Assembly: GCA_047967505.1 (NCBI GenBank)
Contig: CM106538.1
Source: Dipteris shenzhenensis
Taxonomy: Eukaryota
DNA length: 64,000 nucleotides
Reading direction: 5' to 3' (one strand)
Every line of letters starts with the position of its first letter. Position 1 is the first letter of the stretch. Under the pieces are notes generated by a model. It saw nothing but the letters and a program-made list of their open reading frames with translations. It was not told where the DNA came from and made no database searches. Both the position numbers and the translations under genes were made by a program. This document shows positions 1 to 11,694 of the stretch, piece after piece.

Positions 1-2329
1 CATGACCACTTACCTTCTCAAGAATGAGGTCTTGAAAGGGCAGAGGATGATGATCCCTCTTGGTGGCAGCATTGAGCTTCTTATACTCGATGCAGACCCG
101 CCACTTGTTGATTTTCTTTGGGATGACTACCACTGGTGAAACCCATTCAGTATTGTGAACCGGAACAATAAACCCAGCCTCTACAAGCTTCTGCAACTCT
201 GAGCGCAAAGCATCAGTCTACAGGGGCCCTAATCTCCGATACTTCTGAGCCACAGGCTTCGCATCAGTATCTTGTGCTCTATGGCAGTCACATGGCAAAG
301 GTGGTGGTAGCTAGTTGCAAAGAGGTCAGGGAAATCTTTGAACATTTCGAGAAACTCATCTTTCTCACTTGGAGTGAGTTCTAGGGAAAGCATAGATTCA
401 AGCTGTTGAGGACTAGCTGTTATCTTTTCTGCAGGTGGCAGGGTCGGAGACACCCCCATCATGTAAACTTCCTCCTCTGAGAATTCCTCCCCCCCGTCTG
501 ATTCTTCCATGGACTCAGACACTGAAGATGAGATAGTATCACTGTCATGCTCCTCTTCTTCTTTCGGTTCCATGGCACCAGGTTGCACTGGGAGTTGCAC
601 TGGGATCTTCTCCTTCGAAGCACCAAAAGACATGTGTCCTGTCTTCCAATAGCTGACTGCATCACTCTTTCTCAACCATGGTCTCCCGAGTATGGCTGGG
701 TAACTTCTGCCTATATCTTCAATGTCCACTACATAGAAATTGACAGTGGTGGTCAACCCATTGACAATGATGGGCAAATCCTCAATGACTCCCATGGTGG
801 CGAGTCGTCGACCATCTGCTACCTTGATTCGAGTGGAAAAACGCCTTGTACATTTCAAATTCAATTTCTTCATGATTCGGGGCACCATGATATTACATGC
901 GGCTCCCCCATCAACACACACATTTTTGACACGGCAATTATCTATGATGACATCTACTGTATGTGGGTGCCGATCAATTTCTTCAGAGATAGAAGATACC
1001 TCTCGTACCTTTCCCTTTTTCTTGCTCTTCCTTGTTGAGAGACCTTGCTGCAGCTCACGTCTCACCTTAGGGCTTAATGCTATTAGTTGAGGGAGTGTGA
1101 TGCTCAAAGACCGCCGATGAGCAAGGTCCTGAACGACCGAATAGTCCTCTTGCCCTGAGCTGATGGGAAAATCTGAGGGTGACCACTTACTTCTGCGAGA
1201 TCTTTTAGTCTTCTCTATTGGTGGGTCTGCCATCTCAGCATCTGAGGGCTCTGAGAAGGACACCTTCTTCCTGGGGCGGCCCGGTCCATGGTTTGGAGAG
1301 GGGTCCGAGGTGGCACGACTTCTTTTCCCAAGGTCAAGAATCTCTACATCAAAATCCTCAGTGCCCGACTCACTTAGAAGATTGACCCTTGGAATATTGG
1401 GACATTTTGTGTGATAATGACCCTTCTGGTGGCACTCGTAGCATACAACATTAGCACGGTCTCTTGGAGGGCGGTTGGCTTGATTTTTGATGCCCACCAT
1501 CTCAAGCCGAAGATCATTCAGGGCCTTGGCTAGGTCATTGACTCCAGGTTCTGTTGCAGGGGGGGCCTCTTTAGTTGGAGGGGCCACGGGAGTAGAGAGG
1601 AGGGGGGCTCGTGGGCGAGGCTGGGGAAATCTTCGAGGCGGAGGGTGAGGATATCCACCTTGTTGAGGGTAAGCATCTAAGGGAGGACCATACATTTGAG
1701 GTGGAGGCGGTGGATACATCCCTGATGAGGGGTGGGGGTATGACCCTGAGTTAGACCCCCCAGGTTGTTGTTTCAGGAATTGAGGGGGATGCGGAGGGAC
1801 AATCGTCTTCTTTGAAGCGGGGTCAGACTGAACTTTATCAAACTTTTGAGCAATCTCATGTGCTAGCACCATAGTTTCTGGATTCTCCCATTTAAGCTTG
1901 AGGCGGAATTCATCACTCGCTCCTGCTACAAGGTAGCCCAGCACATGCTGAGTCGGCTCGAAATCCGGCATTGTCCTCCTGTGTGGCAATCAAACGGTCC
2001 AGGAGCACGACCGCTCTATCCACATATCGACGTGCCGTCTCACCTTCTGACTGCTTCAAGTTTGCCACCTGCAGGTACACATTCTCCGACTCCTATTCTT
2101 TGCCGAAATACTCAATCATTGCTGCTGTCAACCTTGGCCAGCTTTGGCGAACGTCTTCGGCTTGCTTCTCATACCACACTTGAGCCAAACCCTCTAGAAA
2201 TGTGGGAAGAACCAATAGCCATCTCTCTTCAGTAAGAAAGTTGAGAGAAACACAACAGCGCTTGAAGGCCACAAGATACTCATTTGGATTTTCTTCTACC
2301 CATCCACAAAACACGGGAATGTCAGCCAT
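1..2329 (-). pseudogene. gag-pol: Ty3/Gypsy (non-chromovirus, Tat/Athila-like) gag-protease-RT polyprotein, disrupted; continues off the left edge
   Basis: Gag N-terminus (2093-2329, FLEGLAQVWY...W), CCHC knuckle CYECHQKGHYHTKC, protease VDGGAACNIM and ILGRPWL in ORF 229-1989; manual translation of 1-210 gives the RT start ELQKLVEAGFIVPVHNTEWVSPVVVIPKKINKWRVCIEYKKLNAATKRDHHPLPF; stops and frameshifts between segments. Confidence 0.92.
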
Positions 2330-2569
2330 GCTTGGAAGATGGAAAAGAGGGGCTTATCTATGGACGAACAATAGTAAGAGGAAGCTTGAACTAAAAATCG
2401 GGTGAAGATACATCCAAAAAGCACACATAGGCAGGGTAGGGTGTGACTGGTGTAGTGTGAAATATTACACGAGAAGAATCTTCAGCATAGAATAGCACAT
2501 AGACAATCTTAAAAGGGCCAACCCTCATGATATCACATTGATCTTTACAAGCGAGGGTTAGAGGCGTGG

Positions 2570-3770
2570 CGTTGCATGAGGTTGTTCATCAAGGCAAACA
2601 AGAATGCCATGACAAATGTCAACAGTTGGAGAGCTTGCACATCACCTTCAGCTTCTTCCAGTTCTTGTAGTCGCCATGCTATTTCTTCAAGGGGTGTGCG
2701 GTCTGGCATCCTTCTTTTGAGCAATGTCCTTGAGAACCCTCCTGATGATGTTCCGAAGTCGGTGAACTCGTATCAAGTATGCCCAACACTTAGTTTCATG
2801 ATGACCACAACCTTTGCATTCCTTACAAATGATCACCCTCCTTTGTGGCTTGTGGCTTTGTTGGGGTGGCGCTTCCACTCGCGTCATGCGTGATTGAAGT
2901 ACAAGCTTCACGTGCCAAGAAATCAGCAACAAGATCTCGAGCTCGAGGGATATGCTAAATTTTTACCTCTTCAAATTGGTTGCAAAGTTCCAAGGCTTGT
3001 TGATGTCGTGGAACCAAGCCTTTGCTCTGCACCTTCCACCTTCCACTAACTTATTCACACACTAGTTGAGAATCTCCTTGCACCTCCAATTGCTTGGCAT
3101 GATGTTCTTGTGCCTTTTGTAGCCCAAAAATGAGCGCCAAGTACTCAGCTTGATTGCAAGTACTTGCGGGTGAAGACTTGCTGTAACAATACTCCTCACC
3201 AACCGGTGAAGTGAGCTTCACACCCACGCCAGCCGCCTTGGTCGAAGGTTTGTAAGCTCCATCAAATTGAAGAATCCAAGATATCATCACACCAAGACTA
3301 AAATTCGGACATCCCAAGTTTCTCGGTAGTCCAAGATAGGTAGGACGAGAGCGTGGGGAGAATTCAACACTTGAGCCAAACGTTCAGCACCAAATAAACT
3401 TGCAATCCTTTGTTGATAGTTTATCTTAAGCCCAAAAAGAATTACAATTTGAAGCTCGAAATGAGGCACAAAAGGCCGTTTTAATTACCTCTGAAGCAGC
3501 AAGTAGTTCGATCACCGCACAATGAGTAGAAGTAAAGTCAAAATCCTCCCAGCGTATCAGTAGTTCTTCACCATGAATCATCCACGGTGTATCATTCCAC
3601 CCGTCATCTCCTTCAATAATGCACTGGACAATCAGCCGTTGAAGGTCGACATGAAGATCAAGGAAGACATCTCGTGCATTGGTAGCCGTAAGGTGTGGAG
3701 GAACAGGCACCAATTTCTTAAACGCGTCGAGAAGTGACATAAATGTCCACCCTTCTCGTGTGGCGTGCAT
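2570..3770 (-). pseudogene. Extra ORF upstream of gag containing an archaeal-type RNase HI (aRH) domain and a CCHC knuckle
   Basis: WILQFDGA..AGVGV..TCNQAEYLALIFGL..LEVQGDSQLV, read through stops to VSGRWKV..HIPRARDLVADFLAREA; ORFs 3426-3770 and 3051-3317 are in the same frame; CKECKGCGHHETKC follows after a frameshift. Confidence 0.8.
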
Positions 3771-3949
3771 CTGTGAAGTGAGCTTGAAGAAGTTCTGAAT
3801 TGGCGATCTAGCAAGAGATGTGGATAGAGCACATAAAATGAAGTAATTTTGCTTTTTACAGCAAGAGCAAACTCCCTACGGTTAGAGAGTTACAGTTCCC
3901 GCGATTTCAATATATGAATAAAAATCATTACATTTTTACCACTTCCAAC

Positions 3950-4010
3950 TTGTTGGCCCAATGATAAGACTTTCTTTTGTGAAGGGGGAGGTCTTGGGTT
4001 CCAATCCTAC
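3950..4010 (+). other. Degenerate tRNA-like sequence with Pol III A and B boxes
   Basis: TGGCCCAATGATAAG (A-box/D-arm like), weak anticodon-like stem CTTTCT-7nt-AGGGGG, GGTTCCAATCC (B-box like); no good acceptor stem. Confidence 0.4.
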
Positions 4011-4111
4011 TCTTTAATAAAAAGAGAGGAGAGGAGAGGAGAAGGAGAAGAGAAAGAGAAGAGAGGAGAGAGGGGGGGCGCGGAATCTGCTGTTACAGTT
4101 TTGCAGGAGCT

Positions 4112-4350
4112 CAAAAAACTGCCCGCGACCAGAAGCCGAAGCAGTCCAGAGAACTGTCGTGTAGGTGAATGCAGAAACTGTCTGCAACCAGAAGCTACAT
4201 CAGTCCAGAGAACTGTCGCGCAGGTGAACGCAGAAAACTTTCCGCAACCAGAAGCTGCAGCAGTCCCGAGAACTGTCGCGTGGGTGAACACAGAAAACTG
4301 TCCGCAACCAGAAGTTGCAGTAATCCCGAAAAAAAATTGTCGCACAGGAG
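4112..4350. repeat. ~60-bp tandem repeat, ~4 copies
   Basis: Unit AACTGTCGCGCAGGTGAACGCAGAAAACTGTCCGCAACCAGAAGCTGCAGCAGTCCCGAG recurs about every 60 nt. Confidence 0.85.
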
Positions 4351-5523
4351 ACGCGCAAACCGAATGCACGCACAGTAGCTTAGAAAAGCACAGATGGTAT
4401 AGTTTTGTAGATGTGACCCATACGAGTAGAAGATTCGCCACTAGCCGTGGAGATTCGTATCCCAGTAGCCACACCAAATCTATTAGCCGAAAAAGAAACC
4501 GAGACCAGAGGCTAGAGGCTAGGCATGGCGACGCTCAAGGGCCATGGAGAAAAGGAGATCATGAGAGCTAACGGTGGTCATAGGAGGGAAAAAGGAATTA
4601 GAAATGGAGGGAAGGAAGAGGGAGACTATGACACAAGGGGAAAAGGAGAGGGGGAAGAGAAGCATGTACATGATAGGAGGAGAAATATAGAGATGGAGAC
4701 ATCAAGGGAAGAGAACCATACTTTATTTGAAAGAAGGGATGAGAGGAAATATCAAAATACTAGCTAGGTGGCTTTACAAGAATGAGCGTGTCTCATCAAG
4801 GAATAGCCCCTTCCTTTTATAGCCAAAAGAGGGGGTCTCTCCACATTAATGTATCCTCCCACATGCATGGTGTGTGTGGAAAAGTCTCCCATGTGGGCTA
4901 GGTGGTTACGCACTCTCAATTGTGTGCGACAACCCTTTGCCTCAATTTTCCACATAAATCAAGCCCCATATCTCAAGTCTATGATACTCCCTTGGTCTCT
5001 TTCCAATTTTATAATATGTTCAAACCTCTAGGAGGATAAGTGGAGGGTTGGCACAAGGAATCTTGCCACCTCATCCTACTTTCCCCATTATTTAACTAGC
5101 TCTCTTGGTCCTTCTATACCTCCCCCACATGGGCCTATCCCATATGGAGGGAATAACTCAATATAATATCTATCTCCACCTATTTTATATTGCTTCTCCC
5201 ATTGAGCCATATCTCACTAAATGCAGCCTAGGTGGAGGGGTGGCACATGGAGGAGCCATGCCACCTTGCATTTTATAATATTACTATCATGGATTATGTA
5301 CAACACACCTTATGGGTCCTCTTACATGGAAGGGTGGCACATGGTCATGCCCTGCCACCTCAACCCTGGGCCCTATGCACACCATATTTTATTATACTAT
5401 TGCCACATATACAAACACAAATACATATTAATGCCTTTTTCCTTAGACAATTTTATCCATAACAGTACCAACCGCATCTGTAGCTAATATCATGAGTCAT
5501 GACTAGAGCTCGATATTTCAACA

Positions 5524-5990
5524 GTAGCAGCAAGGGTAAGTGAGGTTATGAGGTTGGCAGAGAGAGTGGTTAGATATGGCAAGTTGGATGTGAGATAGGC
5601 CCTGTCATCTTCCGACACTTCTTTTTGCTGGTGCGATGGGATCAACTACATGGATGGGATGTTAGTTATGTCATGCCTTGCAAATAATAGTGATGGCCTT
5701 TGTAGCAATGGTAACAAACCAGCAATAACCCTGAGGGGAGCACTACCCATGAGGCATACATATGGAATGAAAGTATCCATCCTGAGTGCTATAAACCTGG
5801 CATGTGTAGACAGGCAAAAGATATTTTTCTCATCTTCGGACAAGTCTTGGCAAATTATGCACAGGGTTTTGATCCCTATGGAACGTTCCCATTTGATTGT
5901 TGGATGAGAAGATATGATCCTGATTTGGAGCATTGACAGTCGATGGCCATGGAACCTTTCAAGTTGAATGGCATCTTGCTGGTGATTTGA
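5524..5990 (-). mobile_element. Degraded LINE 3' fragment (zf-RVT-like)
   Basis: CIICQDLSEDEKNIFCLSTHAR resembles the CxxC..E(T/D)xxHIFxxCxxA zinc finger at the C-terminus of plant L1 ORF2. Confidence 0.45.
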
Positions 5991-6564
5991 AAACCCTCAA
6001 GTGCTTGCATGGTTGTGATATAGGGGCAAATGCAATGAACACATGCCTAACACACTATTCAAAATTTTTTGATTTTCTCTCTTGATTTGGACTTTTTTTT
6101 GGAGCATATCCTCTCCACTCAACTTCACTTAGTGAGCTAAAAAATTGGGTTTTTTAGAGCACTAAATGGGTCACTTATATACAAATATGGCCTTATTAAG
6201 CTAAAAAGTCAAGTGGTGACCTCTAATTTTAAAAAAAATGGCTCAGTGAAGCTATAATTCCCAAACTCATGCATGGTGCCCCCATCCAATAACTATAATA
6301 ATAATAATAGTAGTCTCCTAACTCAAGTTCAATTTTAACACTATGAAGTGAAAATATGACACCATATGAAAAGAGTTTGTTGAATTCAACATATAAGTGG
6401 TGTATAGATACACCATTTTTTGAAAAAAAAGAGTTTGTTGAATTCAATATATAAGTGGTGTATAGATACACACTTTTTTTGAAAAACAAACCATACAATA
6501 AATTATCTTATTGGTGGTATATAGATACACCATTTGTATGGAAAAAAGCATACAAAACATTATC

Positions 6565-9500
6565 TTATGCATCTGAATCTTGTTCAAAGTCATCAGATTC
6601 ATGTAATGTATTTACGCTTGATGGGTCAAGTCTTGCCAAATGATGTTTAATATGGACATGACTTGGATCAGGGATTGTGATACATTTTTCAACATTGTAT
6701 CCATGCTTCTTTTTAAAACTTTGTGTCCTCGATTTCCAGCAATGAATAATGCTACTGACTTCCACCTCTGTTAATCCCTCATTATTTGGAACCCATTCAC
6801 GTTTCTTTTGCAAGCATCCCTCATAGAGTTGTTTTATTGTATATCTTCTAGGGAGATTTTTCAATGGCTTTGGTTCATACCATAAAGCTATAAATGTTAT
6901 AGGAGTTCCCTTGTCATCCCTTTCTATCTTAGCAACCTTTGCAACCCAAATTGGGCCACCTTGGTCATCCAACTCTGAACCTGGATCAGATGCCCAAACT
7001 GCAACAAATAGACCCTCTTCAATCTCATTAGATGGTATAAACTTTGGTAAGGGTTTGTCTCCCTTCCTGCCACAATATTTTTGAGGTAAAAGGCATTCCT
7101 TTGCTTCCTCCATATCTACTAACATATTTATATCCAAAGGAAAACTTGGTGACCTAGCTTGTTCTGGCCAAAAGGATTCATAGTATTCAATGCTCATTAA
7201 GTTTTCTTGTCCTTCTAAAGATTGGATAAGTGCTTCAGTTGATTTAATTGTCTCCAAATTCTTAGTTGATTGCTCAAGATATTTCTGCATCATACTTTGA
7301 AGATGTTTAATGAAGGCTTTCAAGCCTTTCATTTCATCTATGTCAAGTGATTCAAATGTTTTTTTCAAGAACAAATCTAGTTTCCTCCAATGGAATTATT
7401 TGTTGTAATAAAGCATATGACTCACTTCATAAATGATCTCCATCTACTGAGTAGTGCTTCCATTATTGCATCACTGGAATATTGTTATGCATGTGAAACC
7501 GAAAGTAGTGTGGATTTGTGTGTCCTATTAGGGCATCATCTCCTGTTTGTAAATGTGGCTCTATGAATGCTCTCCAATCTACCATCCTCTCTAAGATAGC
7601 CACTTCTGATTCTTCCTTGCGAGAGCCTCCAATTTTTTTCCCAATTCGAAATAGCATATCCTCCATTGTCAAAACATCCATTGCCTTCAACTCACCAGAG
7701 ATAACACTGAAGATTTGATCTATGTCTTCATGTGTATGGCCGACAAGAAGAAAGCCAACTTCCACTTCTTCAAATATTTTCAAACCAACCAGCATAGAGC
7801 ATAAAGCAAATATATATTTATTCTTGTTCTCTCTCCAACAATTATCAACTTGTATTCGCAATGTGTTAAAAAACATCCGTGAGCATCTTTGACCTTTCTT
7901 ATTGCTTTCATGATTGATGTAACAACCTGGTTACTATCATGGTCATGCAAACTATCAATCCATACATCACAAAAGATTCGGTATCCATGTACTAATACTC
8001 CACACAAGTGTGTTTTTAGTCCACGTTTGCCCTCCAATGCTGGTGGGATACGTCTATATCGTGGCAAAGTGGTTGTATTCTGGTCCATGCCATCAATGGT
8101 GATGCACATGGACTTATCGACATGTGAAATAGCTTCCTCTCTCCAAAAAGCATACAACTTTCGAGCATCCTGCACATGACGTAAATGGATTGATCGCCAT
8201 TTAATATATCTTCCTCGCTACTGCTCACATTTACTATGTTCAATGGCATTTTTTAATTCATCACATGTCTTACATTTTGACATGCTTTGCTTTGATGGTG
8301 TCTTGACATGGCAAAAATCTCTATGCCAAATTTTGTACAAGGTTGATCGTGAAATCATGCTCTTGTCTCTGTCTTGTAAAGTTTTATTGACAGTTTCTAG
8401 GACGACCTTCTTTGTCATTCCCAAAGAAAGATGTTGTTGGCATTCGACACGTCCATCTAGCATTGTATGTTGAAGATGAGGCTGCAGTAATGCATGGTCT
8501 TTGAGAACTTGCTTTAATGTTGCAGTTGCATTTATAGTGCTTCCATGGCATTTAAGCTTGTAGGTATTTCCATGAATTGTATGAATAACTTTTTCTTTCA
8601 CCTCTGCCTAGATGGTCCAGTATGTGCCATGTGATAGTCCAGTTAACCATTGATATCCTCGATTGCAAATGGGTCTCCCATTAACCATGGGTTTCAATCT
8701 AGGTTTACAGTGTCTTGTGCTCAAATCTTGATTAGTGCCTTGATGAAGAAAGCATGAAAACTCTTGAAGAAGATAGTTATGTCTATTAGGCGCTGTCTTA
8801 CTCCAAATACCAAGGCATATGGCTGCACAATCATCTTTCCCAACTTTTCTAATGCAAAGTCTCTTGCAACAAACTCGCATAAGCATCCTTTCCATATTCT
8901 CCTCGGATAGCATCACATGTCTCTTTGGTTTTGGAATTGATGCCATGATTCTTCGCCTCTTCACACTCACATACTTTCTTTTTGTAAATAGTGTCTTGCG
9001 TTTTCTAGTTGTAATACCATCAAACCTTGAATCCATTTCCCTTGAATCTTCAGATTTATAATCAAATGCTGTGTGGGCTTGAGAATTATTTGATACCTTA
9101 TAATATCTTGGAAATGGCAATCTGGTAGACATGTTCATTGATGTCAATTTGTTGCCAATGCCAATATTATGAACAACATGACAAGTCTCAGATTCTCTGC
9201 CCCTTTTGCCTTGTGTTCGAGTGGTAACATCATGATCATTGTCACTAATATCATCAATTCCTGTTATTGCATCACTTATCCCATCGATCTTTGCGTGTAT
9301 TTTTCTTTGTGGTCCCATCTTATTATTCTCAACATAAGACAAGTCTTCTATATCAATAAGCATGTTTGAGTCACTTGCAGCACAAGAGACAAGTCTTCTA
9401 TACCAGTGAGCCTGTTCGAGTCACTTGCAACACAGGACAAGTCTTCTTATACCAGTGAGCTTGTTTGAGTCACTTGCAACACATGACAAGTCTTCTATAC

Positions 9501-10310
9501 CAGTGAGCCTATTCGAGTCACTTGCAACACAAGACAAGTCTTCTATACCAGTGAGTATATTTGAGTCACTTGCAACATAAGAAACCTTTTCTACATCAAC
9601 ATCTATTACTATAATGTCCTCAATACCTGTGAGCATGCCACTATGATACTCTTGATTACTACTATAGCTTCTTATCAATTTGGATCCCATTTGTGTTATA
9701 GTCTTTTTCTTCTAATAATATTCCGTTGTGTCTTCCATGACATTGAAGGAAACTGTCTTGGGCAAACTTGATTTCAAGAAAGCTAAGGTCCCCCATTTAC
9801 AAGTACTATGAACTTGTAGTTGAGACGTAGTATTATGGATGTCTAAATGTGAAGTACTATCCATTGCATTTTGAATGACACCTGCAATAGTCAACTTAAT
9901 TATCTCCACTATACAGAGAAAACTCTGAGCATAGCCCTTAAAGTTGCCAATTGCTAAGTCTTCTCCGGAGCAAGATAACATCTCTACTTTTCCCCCCTCA
10001 AAATAAGTTTTCTTGATACCTTGAAAGTATGTCTTTGGAACAATTTTGTCTTGGTCCCAGAGTGTTCTGTGTGCTTGCATATCAAATATGTCACATTGTA
10101 AGATATCTCCCAATGTTTCAAAGTCTCCATGTGGATATTTTAAATGTACTTCAGGATTTACAATGTTGGTGATTATCACTACACATCTTCTCTCACCACA
10201 ATGTTGAAAATGACACACATTCATAGGATCAAGACTATGAATTCGTCCAAAAGCCACCACTTCATTCTTCTTATATAACACCACATCCATACCCTCTATT
10301 AGGGTAAATA
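6565..10310 (-). pseudogene. Sola-superfamily (DDD) transposase pseudogene with an N-terminal Tnp1/TnpA-like domain and a C-terminal beta-barrel-like domain
   Basis: Catalytic motifs IDGMDQ, VDNCWRENKNKY, FLLVGHTHEDIDQIFS; N-terminal CCKRLC, GRPICNRGYQWLTGLS and SKCKTC; ORFs 9712-10290, 9421-9690, 8608-9363, 8218-8601 and 7780-8175 start in one frame and are mostly separated by single stops; two later frameshifts. Confidence 0.85.
9335..9580. repeat. 48-bp coding tandem repeat (~5 copies, SDSNxLTGIEDLSCVA) inside the transposase
   Basis: GAGTCACTTGCA at 9368, 9418, 9467, 9515, 9563. Confidence 0.9.
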
Positions 10311-10419
10311 CCTATTTTGTGTACAAAAATAGATTAGCAACTCAAAATGAACATAATAAATCATCATTGAGCTTATTATTACTTAATAACTTCTATATCA
10401 AAATCAGCGGAGAAGGCAT

Positions 10420-11600
10420 TAAACCTAAACCCTACATCCTAAACTTTAAATAATTAATACCAAAACATCTTAACCACCGTAAATCCTAAACTTTAAATAT
10501 TTAATTCCTAAACCCTAAATCCTAAACTCCTAAACAATAAATACTAAACCTTAAACCCTAAACTCTAAATCCTAAACCCTAAATCTTAAATCCTAAACCC
10601 TAAAACTTAACCCTAAAATACAACCAAAATTTAATGAATTTTTTTAATTTGTGCAACAGGTTGGATATATCCCCCAACTGTTGCTTAAGCAACAGGTTGG
10701 ATATATCAAGCAACAGGTTGGGGGGTATATCCAACCTGTTGCACAAATCAAGAATTTTTCTTATTTGTGCAACAATTTGATATACAATTGGGAAATATAT
10801 CCAACCTACAACTCAATAATTTTCTTGATTTGTGAAAGGTTGGATATACCCCCAACCTGTTGCTAGAGCAATAGGTTGGGAGGTATATCCAACCTGTTGC
10901 ACAAATCGAGAATTTTCTTGATTTGTGCAACAGGTAGGTACCCCCCAACTTGTTGCTTGTGCAATAGGTTGGGGTCACCCCAACCGAGGCCTATTGTTGG
11001 ATATATCCCCCAACCTATTGCTTGAGCAACAAGTTGGGGGGTATATCCAATCTGTTGCACAAATCAAGAAAATTCCTTGATATTTGCAATAGGTTGAGTG
11101 CACCATTAACCTATTCGACTTGCAACAGTTTGGAGGATATATCAAACCTATTGCACAAATTGAAAAAAATCATTAAATTTTGATTGTATTTTAGGGTTAG
11201 GGTTTAGGGTTTAGTATTTAGGGTTAAGGATTTAGGGCTTAGGATTTAAGATCTATTGTTTAGGGTTTCATGTATATGATTATGTCTTTAGGGTTTAGGG
11301 TTTAGGGTTTAAAATCTAGGGTTTAGGGTTTAGGATTTAGCATTTAGGGTTTATGATTATTGTTTTAGGGTTTAGGATTTAGGATTTAGATTTTAGGTTT
11401 TAGGGTTTAGTATATAAGATCATGAGCTTAGAGTCTAGAATCTAGGGTTTAGAATTGAAAATTAGGTTTTAGAATTTAAGTTATAGGGGTTAGGGTTTAA
11501 GGTTTAGGGATTATAACTGTTATATAAGTTTAAGAGCTTAGATTGTATAACCTAAGATTTAGGGAACTTTAGGATTTAAGATTTAGGGTGTAAGATTTAA
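10420..11600. repeat. Foldback: degenerate (CCCTAAA)n, inverted-repeat core, degenerate (TTTAGGG)n
   Basis: Telomere-like tracts at ~10420-10616 and ~11191-11600; 10613-10675 is the near reverse complement of ~11133-11195. Confidence 0.9.
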
Positions 11601-11694
11601 GATATATAGACTATATAAAATATGCATTCTAAAGTATTTAGTTTAGATATATATAGATTATATGTTATATGCTTTCCAAAGTGTTTTGTTTATA

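Larger units (their letters stand above)
3772..5523 (-). mobile_element. LTR-like block (~1.75 kb), TGTTGAAATATCGAGCTC...CTTCACA on the minus strand; no matching TSD
   Basis: Both termini resemble those of the local Copia LTR (TGTTGAGATATCGAGCTC...CTTCACA), plus the shared block TTAGCT(A/G)CAGATGCGGTTGGTAC; flanks gcatc and gtagc do not match. Confidence 0.55.

Noticed and set aside
3745-3771. tRNA-Arg PBS for the Gypsy element (GATGCACGCC on the minus strand)
   Set aside because: Lacks TGG and the match is too short
6020-6250. Sola terminal inverted repeat
   Set aside because: No matching partner found in the window, so the boundary cannot be fixed
10420-11600. True telomere or chromosome fusion site
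   Set aside because: Short, degenerate, internal, and polarity is opposite to a head-to-head fusion
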